Assembly: GCA_049322915.1 (NCBI GenBank)
Contig: JBMOPW010000034.1
Span: 648,567 to 712,566, forward strand
DNA length: 64,000 nucleotides
Direction of reading: 5' to 3'
DNA from: Candidatus Zhuqueibacterota bacterium
GTDB taxonomy: Bacteria; Zhuqueibacterota; Zhuqueibacteria; Thermofontimicrobiales; Thermofontimicrobiaceae
The notes beneath the pieces are model-generated. The model was not told the origin of the DNA, made no database searches, and worked only from the letters and a program-made list of their open reading frames with translations. The position numbers and the translations under genes are program-made. Below are positions 32,407-41,616 of this stretch, in pieces. Positions within the stretch are counted from its first letter, which is position 1. Every line of letters starts with the position of its first letter.

Positions 32407-34026
32407 CTAATAAATCTTATACGGTTTTGTATTTCTAAAATAATGATTTAATATATCGTTGTAACTTGCTTTCTTCAATGCCATGACAATCCCCCCTGCC
32501 TGACACAGGCCGACGCCATGTCCATGCCCAACGCCGAGAAAGCTGAACGCCAGTGGGAAACCATCCTCATCGAATTGGCGGTTGATGACGAAACAGGAGC
32601 TGAAAAGCAAATCCGCAGCCAGCGTATGGCGTATCTCCCACTCTGTTTTCAGTATGAGATTCCTATTGCTTCCCAGAATCTCCAATTCAAGAATACGGCC
32701 GGATACTCCCCGCCGGATTGGAATAATATCAAAAATATCACCAATATTCTCACCAATTTTGGCAGAGACAATTTCTTCGAGCTCTCTCCGCTCATAGGTC
32801 ACCTGCCAATGGAAATATTTTTTCAGATAATTGAGAGCAATATGGTTGCCGTAATTCGTCACATTGCAGAAAACGTCCGGCTCGCTCGATGCCCACTGTC
32901 TCAGGTTTTCATTAACTGACAAATCACCGATTTGTTCCAACTGGCGAGGCTCCCTGCCATCAAAGACTGGCGGATACTGCTCTTCATTTTCAATGCTGTA
33001 CAGGCAATGCGATGACTCTGTATGTCCGCCGCAAATCAGCGTATAATGCGCATCCACAACCTTTTTGTTATCTTTGAGCACAATGCCGGCAGTGGCCTTC
33101 ACCGCCTTTTCAATGGCCTCCGATGTTCGGGTCAATCCATTGAAGGTCTGGCAATGGGGGCCGGCGCAAAGATGAAACGGGTCGTCGTAATGCTTAATGC
33201 CCAGCGATGCCAGCGTCTTGCTTCGAACCGCGATGGCCTGAGCCTTGATCAATTCTTCGGGGTAATCGCTCTTCATTTCAAAAGCGACAATGGATTCCAC
33301 GTACTTTTCCAGCGGTATTTCACAGATGATCGTGAGCTTGCCGTCGGCTGAAGCGCGAAATTCCAGCGTGCGCCGAAACATACGTTGCCTGACCGGTAAT
33401 GTCTGCACTTCATTTTCCGGGATGACATCGTAAATGTAGGTGGTGACATCATCGGCTTCAGGAACGATGCGAATCACATTCTCGGCTTCGCCCAATTTCT
33501 CGAACTCAGAGTCGAACAGTTCCAATACCGCATGTGGCTGATTGACCTTCTCAGTGATGATCTGATAATCGAATCCGGACAACATTTCCCGCGCGAATCG
33601 GACTGCTTTCTGCTCCGTGGCATAGTTGTCCACCGTCACCCAGTATTGCGTGTTATCATTGACGACGGCTTCGTTGCAATAGAGCTTTCCACCCCGCGTT
33701 TTGATGCGGGTGCCAATCCCTTTTTCGATGAGCTGGTATTCAAGTTCCTGAGCCTGGCTTTTATCGTCAAATTTACCGACCAGTACGCCGAACGAATATC
33801 GCGCTGGCTGTTTCTGCTCAACTTTCACTCGCCATTTCATCGGCGAGGTGACGTCTTTCAGGATGGGCATGCCCTGATTATTCAGCACAGTAAATCGGCC
33901 GGATGACTTGAATTCAATCAAATCGCGTTCCTCTTCAAAACCGATTTTTAAAACAGGCATGTCATCTGTCGTGAAATTTTCACTTGTCCTTTTATGATCA
34001 GAATCCGCATGGGAATGGTCGAACAT
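32407..34026 (-). CDS. SpoIID/LytB domain protein
   Basis: LEKYV..VAFEM...KAQAIAVRS, CQTF.G, CGGHTE, GHGHGVGLCQAG, ILNHYF; start ATG 34026 with GGAGG RBS. Confidence 0.88.
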   Translation of the reverse strand: MFDHSHADSDHKRTSENFTTDDMPVLKIGFEEERDLIEFKSSGRFTVLNNQGMPILKDVTSPMKWRVKVEQKQPARYSFGVLVGKFDDKSQAQELEYQLIEKGIGTRIKTRGGKLYCNEAVVNDNTQYWVTVDNYATEQKAVRFAREMLSGFDYQIITEKVNQPHAVLELFDSEFEKLGEAENVIRIVPEADDVTTYIYDVIPENEVQTLPVRQRMFRRTLEFRASADGKLTIICEIPLEKYVESIVAFEMKSDYPEELIKAQAIAVRSKTLASLGIKHYDDPFHLCAGPHCQTFNGLTRTSEAIEKAVKATAGIVLKDNKKVVDAHYTLICGGHTESSHCLYSIENEEQYPPVFDGREPRQLEQIGDLSVNENLRQWASSEPDVFCNVTNYGNHIALNYLKKYFHWQVTYERRELEEIVSAKIGENIGDIFDIIPIRRGVSGRILELEILGSNRNLILKTEWEIRHTLAADLLFSSCFVINRQFDEDGFPLAFSFLGVGHGHGVGLCQAGGIVMALKKASYNDILNHYFRNTKPYKIY

Positions 34027-34471
34027 TTCCACCTCCACAATAACCACCATCAACAGTGTTCATAAAAAGCTATATAATAAGCAATTGCAACGCGCCCAAT
34101 ATACAACAATTATTTTTAAGAGTCAAGAATTAAAAACCGATTAAAGCCTTCTCAACCGGCTATTTTTTATAGCGATTTTGTTATAAACAGAATTTTTATG
34201 CCTTTAGAAGAAAGTTAAAAAAACCTAACTTTTTTCTTGCATTGAGATTTGGAACCTATTATATTAAACCGAATTGACGCTTCACCATGCCAGTTCAATC
34301 CATCGTTCAGGCTGGATCATGTTTCATGTTTTCAGTAATAGCTCTAAAACAATGTAACTATATTTTCTCTATCAAGAACCGCTCTCGCTTGATGCTGGTG
34401 AATTACGCCAGATCTCTTCAATGATCTTTCACCAAAAATGAAGATGATTTAGCGCTGCCAATGACAAGGAA

Positions 34472-34487
34472 TGGAGCGCCTTTTGCT
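34472..34487 (+). promoter_or_regulatory. Possible sigma54 (-24/-12) promoter
   Basis: TGGAGCGCCTTTTGCT (GG-N10-GC), about 125 nt upstream of the ATPase gene. Confidence 0.35.
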
Positions 34488-34612
34488 GTACTGTTGAACT
34501 TCAAGCGATTGAACCAATTTCGATCAGCATCATTTGCCCAGTCACTTTAGAAGTATGGATTTCGTTTTATAAATCTCATAACCGAATTTCTCACTTTAGA
34601 TTGAGAGGATTC

Positions 34613-35767
34613 ATGACCATTTCGAATGTCTTTATCCGCGCCTTCAAATCTATTTTCGAACTCACGCTGCCTGTCGATCCTAAAATTTCTGTCCTGATTG
34701 GTCCCAATGAAAGTGGCAAATCGAACCTCCTGAAAGCTCTGCTATCGTTCAATCCGGAGGCTATTTTCGATCTCTCACAGACGTGCCAGTACTCTGATTA
34801 TTATTACCAGAAGAAGTACCCGGAAATTGCTGTGGAATTTTTCAATATTTCCAAGGAGAATCGAGCGCATCTCGTGCAACTATCAGAGGAATTTAAACAG
34901 GTTGAAACTTTTTATGTCAAACGGGAAGGGCCGGAAATCAGCGACTACAAAGTTTTTATCGATGACAAAGAGATACAGATTTCCGACATGAAACGGCTTT
35001 TGAAGGTGCTCCCTAAAATCGTTTATTTCGATGAAATACCGTTGATCAAAAATCGCGTCGATTATTACAGCCTGGTGGATGGCCGCCCGGGTTATACGAC
35101 AGAACGCAATCTGCTCAAGGTTGGCGGCCTGCAAAACCTTGAAGTCATCTTTGAAGATTCCACCCGTGGGCGTCGCGCTTCCGAGGAAGCCAGCCGAATA
35201 ATCACGGAACAGATCAGGCGAGTCTGGTCCCAGGAGCCCACCATCGAAATTAAATTGAACGTCAACGGCAAGGTTTTATACATCGATATTTCCGACCGGA
35301 CAACTGTCTTTGACACGCCCGAATCGCGCAGCCTCGGATTCCGCTGGTACCTCTCTTTCTACATCAATTTCCTGGCGCAGACGTATGAAGCCAAATCCAA
35401 CGAGTATGTCTTCCTGATCGATGAACCCGGCATTCATCTGCATCCGGCCGGTCAAAAGGATCTGGTGAAAGTGCTGGAGGACTTATCCCTGAAAAATCAG
35501 CTCATTTACACCACGCACTCGCCTTTTATGATCAATCGGGAATTTCCACATCGCGTGCGATTGGTGACGAAATCGCGGGAGGGCACCCAAATCGACAGTG
35601 AAGCCTATCGTCAGAACTGGAAGCCGCTGCGACGATCCATTGGATTGATGATCGGGGATCTCTTCTTCTTCAGCGAAGGCGGCTATATTTTAGAAGTGCC
35701 GCGGGAGAAGCTTTCGTTTGCCAACAAACTACGTTTCTGGGAGAAAAAAGAGACGGACGAACAATGA
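34613..35767 (+). CDS. OLD/AAA_15-like ABC-type ATPase without a TOPRIM domain
   Basis: N-terminal I.AFKSI, Walker A GPNESGKS, signature RSLGF, Walker B FLIDEPGIHLHP, H-loop TTHSPF. Confidence 0.85.
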   Translation: MTISNVFIRAFKSIFELTLPVDPKISVLIGPNESGKSNLLKALLSFNPEAIFDLSQTCQYSDYYYQKKYPEIAVEFFNISKENRAHLVQLSEEFKQVETFYVKREGPEISDYKVFIDDKEIQISDMKRLLKVLPKIVYFDEIPLIKNRVDYYSLVDGRPGYTTERNLLKVGGLQNLEVIFEDSTRGRRASEEASRIITEQIRRVWSQEPTIEIKLNVNGKVLYIDISDRTTVFDTPESRSLGFRWYLSFYINFLAQTYEAKSNEYVFLIDEPGIHLHPAGQKDLVKVLEDLSLKNQLIYTTHSPFMINREFPHRVRLVTKSREGTQIDSEAYRQNWKPLRRSIGLMIGDLFFFSEGGYILEVPREKLSFANKLRFWEKKETDEQ

Positions 35768-36693
35768 CCCTTTCGATATGCAGCGTACCCGGAATACGCG
35801 TGGGCCATGCGCAGGATGAACTGGCCAAAACAGGATGCACGGTCATTCTACCAGAAAAACCGGTGATTGCCGGCGTTGATGTCCGCGGAGCAGCTCCCGG
35901 CACCCGTGAAACAGAGCTGTTAGCCCCCCATCGCACGGTCCAGGAAATACATGCGATCCTGTTGACTGGCGGCAGCGCATTCGGACTTGATGCCGCAGCC
36001 GGAGTCGTCGCCTATCTTGAAGAACTGGGTATGGGCTACGACACCGGCGTGGCGCGCGTTCCCATTGTTCCCGCAGCCGTGATTTTCGACCTGGCTGTTG
36101 GTTCATCACGGGTCCGACCGGATCGGACGATGGGCTATGCCGCTGCTAAAAATGCGCACAGGCAGAATGCGGCGATGGGATTGACCGGCGCCGGCATCGG
36201 AGCGACCGTGGGGAAATTCGCTGGAATGGATCACAGCATGTCCGGCGGCATCGGGACCTGCGCTGAAAATTTGGAAGATGGCATCGTTGTTGGGGCGCTC
36301 GTCGTTGTCAATGCCCTGGGAAATATCATTGACCCGGCCACGGGAAACGCCGTTGCCGGCGCACGCTCCCCCCGCGGCCATTTCCTCGATCCAATTCAAT
36401 ATTTCAAACAACCGCAGTCGATTTCTTTTTCGCACCTCACCAACACCACACTGGCTGTCGTGGCTACCAATGTTCGATTCACAAAATCGGAGATGACGGA
36501 ATTGGCTCAGTTGGCCGTGGCCGGTATCACGCGTGCCACGCTGCCGGCGCACACACCCTACGACGGTGATGTCGTGTTTGCTATTTCCACCGGGGATCAT
36601 GCGACAGTCGATCTCATTCGAATCGGCGCTGTAGCCGCCGACCTGGTGGCCCGCGCAATGATCGCTGCTGTACAGGTTTCCAATTCGTTATGA
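35764..36693 (+). CDS. P1/S58 family peptidase (DmpA-like)
   Basis: GIRVGHA, GAAPGTRET, TGGSAFGL, GAGIGATVGK, NTTL, DGDVVF; ATGA overlap with the ATPase. Confidence 0.92.
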   Translation: MTLSICSVPGIRVGHAQDELAKTGCTVILPEKPVIAGVDVRGAAPGTRETELLAPHRTVQEIHAILLTGGSAFGLDAAAGVVAYLEELGMGYDTGVARVPIVPAAVIFDLAVGSSRVRPDRTMGYAAAKNAHRQNAAMGLTGAGIGATVGKFAGMDHSMSGGIGTCAENLEDGIVVGALVVVNALGNIIDPATGNAVAGARSPRGHFLDPIQYFKQPQSISFSHLTNTTLAVVATNVRFTKSEMTELAQLAVAGITRATLPAHTPYDGDVVFAISTGDHATVDLIRIGAVAADLVARAMIAAVQVSNSL

Positions 36694-36727
36694 CAATAAC
36701 CTGAACATGGAGTAAGAACATACTAAT

Positions 36728-36763
36728 AAAAAAAGCGCTTCGAAATTCACAAGCGCTTTTTTT
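36728..36763. terminator. Bidirectional terminator
   Basis: AAAAAAAGCGCTT...AAGCGCTTTTTTT between convergent genes. Confidence 0.8.
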
Positions 36764-36783
36764 ATTTAAGTTTAACTGTACGA

Positions 36784-37767
36784 TTATTCTTTTGGAATGG
36801 AGTACTTTTTCATTTTAAATCTCAATGTCGCTTCCGGGATTCCCAGCAGTTTGGCTGCCTTCACCTGGTTTCCGCCGAATTTGCCAAGCGCTTTTTTAAT
36901 CAGATAGATTTCAATTTCGGAAATGACGCCCTTTAAATTACGCGGTTCCAGGAAATCCAGCGGATGTTTCTTAATCTTGAACGGCAGAAAATCGGCTGAC
37001 AATTCACCTTCAGGCGACATCATCAACAGATTCTGAACGGTGTTCTCAAGTTCTCTCACATTGCCTTTCCAATCATATTCCAGGACTGATTCAAAAATAT
37101 CTGATTCGACAGCTGGCTCCTCGCAGCCTTCTTCATCACAGTATTTTTTCAGGAAATAGGAGAACAATTCAGGAATATCCTGCTTGCGGTCGCGAAGCGG
37201 GGTGATGGACAATGTCAATGTATTGAGCAAGTAATACAATTCTCTTTTGAAAGCTCCGTTTTCGATTTCGCTAGTCAGTTCTCTATCCGACGAAGAAATG
37301 ACTCGCATCTCCACTTCAATATTTTCACTTCCACCGACGCGCTTGAATTTCTTTTCCCGGATGACTCTTAAAAATTCATCCTGAAATTCAGTCGGCATTT
37401 CACTGACATTATCGAGAAAAAGGACACCCTTATTGGCTTTCTCGAACAAGCCAATCGTCCTCATTACCGCCTGGTCGCCCTCAGTATCTTCACCGTAGAG
37501 GTCTTTAGCGTCAATTGTTTTGCCAAGAGCAGAACAATTGATTTCGACGAATGTCCTGTTTCGGCGAGGGCTGAGCAGGTAAATATGTCTGGCGACAAAT
37601 TCCTTTCCCGTGCCGGTCTCGCCAATGATGAACACGTTGCTATCAATCTTGGACAGCTTCTTGACAGCTCGTCTTAATCGTTTCGCCTCAGGACTGCTTC
37701 CAATAATAGGTTCATCCTGAACAACGTCGACCTGATTTTTTGCAATTTTTGGACTCATACTTTGCAC
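36784..37767 (-). CDS. Degenerate sigma54-interaction (AAA+) / Fis-HTH regulator with no input domain
   Basis: GETGTGKE, FVEINC, WKGNVRELEN and the GNQVKAAKLLGI HTH are present; GAFTGA absent; Walker B reads FLDNV. Confidence 0.88.
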   Translation of the reverse strand: MQSMSPKIAKNQVDVVQDEPIIGSSPEAKRLRRAVKKLSKIDSNVFIIGETGTGKEFVARHIYLLSPRRNRTFVEINCSALGKTIDAKDLYGEDTEGDQAVMRTIGLFEKANKGVLFLDNVSEMPTEFQDEFLRVIREKKFKRVGGSENIEVEMRVISSSDRELTSEIENGAFKRELYYLLNTLTLSITPLRDRKQDIPELFSYFLKKYCDEEGCEEPAVESDIFESVLEYDWKGNVRELENTVQNLLMMSPEGELSADFLPFKIKKHPLDFLEPRNLKGVISEIEIYLIKKALGKFGGNQVKAAKLLGIPEATLRFKMKKYSIPKE

Positions 37768-37808
37768 CTTCCTTCATTTGTTATTTGTTTTAATTAGAAA
37801 AATCTATG

Positions 37809-38891
37809 TTATAAAATTTTCTTTTTTTCACGTCTACGAAAAAGAGCATTTAAATATAATCCAATGCTGATAATGAGGAAAACAATGATCAAGAATGTGA
37901 TCTTTTCATAGCCATACGGATAGATGTAGACGAAAAATGAGAGCGACACGATCATCAATAATAAAAACATGACTCTGTTGATTTTATTCTTAAAATAGTT
38001 CTGAAAGACATTGACATATTTCTCGGTTATCGATCGCCTCCTTAACAGCTTCATTGTTGAGGTTCTTCTGGAAAAAATAATACTCTCATAAAAATTAGCA
38101 AATGGATGACCAACATAATAAACATTGGCGCTGAGAATAACATTGATAAAAATCAAATTGGCCATTAAAAGCAGTTGATGCGATACTGGCAATGTTATGC
38201 TAAAATAGTTAAACATGTTATCCACAATATCAATGGCCAGAAAAAATAATAGAAACGTCACGAGATAATTGATATACCTCGAAATCGGATTTTCTTTATT
38301 GAAACAATGGTACGCGTACAGCAAAATGAAGAATATAATGATCGCATTGAGACCACTGATTCCAGTAAATATCTGTCGATAATTCTCTTTGTTTTCAAAT
38401 AGATATTTTTTATTAAGTATGAATCTGGAAAAATACATGAACCAGATTGGCACTGTTATCAGCAGGACAATCGCATACTTAAAGATGACCTTCAGTTGAT
38501 AATAAACATAATCCACTATAATGTAGAGAATCGTTATGCTTGAGATAAGGCTGATCGCAATTTTGCGATACGTCCACAGATACCATTGCAAGTGATCGCT
38601 GCCAAACGTGTAATTGTTGCCGGAGAAGATGACAGCGAATCCTGAAAAATAGAGAAATGCGAAAATTGCCAAGTTCAGAAAAGTAAATCGATTGAACTCG
38701 CTTCGGAGGAATAATGTCAGAGATAGGAGGAAGAATAGAAAAAATAATTGATAATTAGCAAATGTTAATATGGGTTCTAAAATGTTCCAATGGGGTAATT
38801 GAAGTGCTACTATGGATAGCACTAAGAAGAACATCCATATATTAAAGAGTAATAGGAATCTATTTCCGAATAAACCCAGTTCTTTTCCCAT
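37809..38891 (-). CDS. Hypothetical polytopic membrane protein (~10 TM), possible sensor/receptor
   Basis: 360-aa ORF in an AT-rich segment with about ten hydrophobic stretches and no recognisable catalytic domain. Confidence 0.75.
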   Translation of the reverse strand: MGKELGLFGNRFLLLFNIWMFFLVLSIVALQLPHWNILEPILTFANYQLFFLFFLLSLTLFLRSEFNRFTFLNLAIFAFLYFSGFAVIFSGNNYTFGSDHLQWYLWTYRKIAISLISSITILYIIVDYVYYQLKVIFKYAIVLLITVPIWFMYFSRFILNKKYLFENKENYRQIFTGISGLNAIIIFFILLYAYHCFNKENPISRYINYLVTFLLFFLAIDIVDNMFNYFSITLPVSHQLLLMANLIFINVILSANVYYVGHPFANFYESIIFSRRTSTMKLLRRRSITEKYVNVFQNYFKNKINRVMFLLLMIVSLSFFVYIYPYGYEKITFLIIVFLIISIGLYLNALFRRREKKKIL

Positions 38892-38928
38892 TTACACGAT
38901 ATTCTTAAGCAATTAACCGAACCAAATA

Positions 38929-39168
38929 CTATTTCACAGGCAACTTAGGCGGAAAAGGCGTTGGATCCAATCCTGAATTAAATTGGAAATCCGTAACGCT
39001 TGGCTTTGACAACCTCATGAAGTCTTCATCAAAGTAAAAATTTCGTTTCATCGTATCACTTTTTGGGAACTGTTCAATCGGGGAAAGCCCCCAATAGGAG
39101 AAAAGAATAACACATATTGCATAAAAAATCAATGTGATCAGAAATATTTTCTTCTTTATTCCATACAT
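38929..39168 (-). CDS. Small exported or membrane-anchored protein with Pro-rich C-terminus (putative peptide precursor)
   Basis: MYGIKKK, a hydrophobic helix, then ...FNSGLDPTPFPPKLPVK; co-oriented and 37 nt upstream of the membrane gene. Confidence 0.6.
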   Translation of the reverse strand: MYGIKKKIFLITLIFYAICVILFSYWGLSPIEQFPKSDTMKRNFYFDEDFMRLSKPSVTDFQFNSGLDPTPFPPKLPVK

Positions 39169-39305
39169 TTGCTTCAGTATCTTTTATGCTTACAAGCCAA
39201 TGAGCCAATTATCACTGATTTATATTTTCTCTTCCTCCGTTTCGTTTTAAAAAACTAACTCACGAAACACTAATCTCGTTCTATTTTTTACCTTCTACGG
39301 GAAAT

Positions 39306-39334
39306 AAGATACAAATTTATATTCAAAAAGTCAA
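39306..39334 (-). promoter_or_regulatory. sigma70-like promoter for the small-peptide cassette
   Basis: TTGACT-N17-TATCTT. Confidence 0.5.
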
Positions 39335-39622
39335 CAAGTATTTTTTGTTTTCTGTTAAAGTTCGTCATCTTTTACCGCGAATGCAGGTATATATAAAATT
39401 ACGCATCACGCTACTCCAGCGTCCATGCCAGTGTTTCCTCGAATATTTCAGTCAGGGTTAAAATTTCTATTTCAGATTTGTCATTCTATTTAACACTCGG
39501 ATCTGTTATTTTCTTTCGCAAAATATGCATCGATATTCAAAAGAAAAATTCCGGGGGCATCGGCCGATCTTTTCCTGTTGTCGTTTGGTTGCTAAATGAA
39601 GTAGGTACGGAACGATGAACAT

Positions 39623-41245
39623 TCAGTTTTTCACTGTCTTTCGTTTCTCGCTCAGTTGGCTCCGCACCAGGAGATTTTCCGCCTCAGCAAAATGGGTCAG
39701 GCTATGGTTCAATTGAATATCCTCTTTCAAGTGCACGCGAAACCTTGCCTCTTTGCCCCAACGCATGTAGGCGAATTCTCGCTTGATCAGGAATTTTAAG
39801 GCTTTCTCAAATTCATCAAATGGGAAATAAGAGTAGGAGACATTATCATTCTTGACAAGATTTTGAAATTGTCTGAACATTGCCGGGTTTACAGTAAATT
39901 CATTGACGAACGTATTGACATCATTCATGTTGTCAGGCAGACCCGCCATGAGAGATTGTGCATAGGTCAGCAAATAATTATTTTCATCGTACAGCAAGCG
40001 ACGCAAAGAATCGGGCAGAATCTCGGCGCTGGAAATAGCAATATCCGGAGTGATGCCTCCACCACCCAGGACAGTTCTTCCTGCGGCAGTTCGGAAGCCG
40101 GGCTGCGTGCTGAGCTGCATCTCTATGTTGCTGGCAGAAACAGTGTACGCATTGGTAAAATAATCCTCCTTGCTAAAATCTTTATAACTGCGTTGAATCG
40201 ACCGCCCGCATGGCGTAAAATATCTGGCCGTCGTAATGAGCAATGCCGAACCATCCCGTAGAGCAAACTGGCTTTGAACAAGTCCCTTGCCGAACGTTGT
40301 CTCTCCAACAATCAATGCGCGATCCCAGTCCTGCAATGCTCCGGCGACAATTTCCGAAGAGGACGCGGTGCCATGATCCACCAGCACGATCATGGGGATA
40401 TTCAGATATTTCTTGACAGGCGTCGTGCAGTATTCCTGATAGGACGATTCTTCCCGTCCCTGTGTGGTGACAATGATTTTTCCAACTGCCAAAAATTTGT
40501 CAGCAACAGAGATTGCCGAGCTGAAATAACCACCGCCATTGCCGCGTAAATCCAGCACCAATTTACTCATACCATGGAGGCACAGAGAATCGAGTGCTGC
40601 CTGCAATTCGTGATCGGTTGACTGGGAAAACAGATTGATCTTGATGTAGGCAACTCCGGGGTGAATCAGCACCGCATACGGAATGCTTTTCATGCTGATT
40701 TTTTGCCGATCCAATTCCTTGTGCACAATTTCTGAACTGCAATTCTGTTTCAAGTCCAGACTGATTTTCAGCCCGGTAGCATCAGCGATTAATTGGGACA
40801 CCTGGGAATAGTTGAGCCCAATGGCGGATCTGCCGTTGATTGTGATCATTTTATCTCCGCTGTTCATGCCGCTCTCCCACGCGGGACTCTCATCCATCAC
40901 CGATGTGACCAGAATTGTATCCTGGACAATGGCGTATCGAACGCCAATTCCGGAAAATCCATCTATTTCTGCCTCCCACTTTGTATAGTCTTCCCGCGCC
41001 AAAAATGCAGAATGGGGATCGAGATTTTCCAATATCCCATTCACAGCGTCCTGAAAAATTTCCTCGACATCGACCTCATCGATGTAGGACTGTTGGATGA
41101 TATTGATGATGGAATACAATTTTTTCACACTTTCGGAAGTGAGATTGGACGAGGCGACGGCAACTTCGGTCTGGTACTTCTTCGTGACGCTCATCAGCAA
41201 CAAACCGATGAAACAACATGCTGCCACAATTTTGATTTTTTTCAT
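39623..41245 (-). CDS. S41 C-terminal processing peptidase (CtpA-like) with PDZ domain
   Basis: LDPHS, GIG, SPA, LDLRGNGGG, TASSSEIVAGALQD, TFGKGLVQ, TTARYFTP.GR.IQ, GGGITPD. Confidence 0.93.
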   Translation of the reverse strand: MKKIKIVAACCFIGLLLMSVTKKYQTEVAVASSNLTSESVKKLYSIINIIQQSYIDEVDVEEIFQDAVNGILENLDPHSAFLAREDYTKWEAEIDGFSGIGVRYAIVQDTILVTSVMDESPAWESGMNSGDKMITINGRSAIGLNYSQVSQLIADATGLKISLDLKQNCSSEIVHKELDRQKISMKSIPYAVLIHPGVAYIKINLFSQSTDHELQAALDSLCLHGMSKLVLDLRGNGGGYFSSAISVADKFLAVGKIIVTTQGREESSYQEYCTTPVKKYLNIPMIVLVDHGTASSSEIVAGALQDWDRALIVGETTFGKGLVQSQFALRDGSALLITTARYFTPCGRSIQRSYKDFSKEDYFTNAYTVSASNIEMQLSTQPGFRTAAGRTVLGGGGITPDIAISSAEILPDSLRRLLYDENNYLLTYAQSLMAGLPDNMNDVNTFVNEFTVNPAMFRQFQNLVKNDNVSYSYFPFDEFEKALKFLIKREFAYMRWGKEARFRVHLKEDIQLNHSLTHFAEAENLLVRSQLSEKRKTVKN

Positions 41246-41616
41246 AATTATGATTCCCGATTAAATTGCATGGATGTTTTATTAATATCAATATCGTCAT
41301 ATCTGTTGATATTTTTAAATTGACATGACATTCTTGTGCACCATTCAATCGAGTCACGCAGACACGCTTTGAGCTGATTGACGAATTAATTTTATCGCTG
41401 AAAATTTTAATAATTGAATTGAAACTTGTAAATCCTCTGCGCGTAATACGTTCATCAATTTTCTTCATCGGTAAAAGAGCCATCACTGAGTCGCGGCACC
41501 AGAAGCGACTTCTGCACGAGTTAAAGCCCGTCGAGACGATCCGCCCAGTTGCAGCGGAAAATTAAATTGGAAATTTCGAAATTGTAGAACGCACAATTAT
41601 TTTAAGGGAGGAATGA

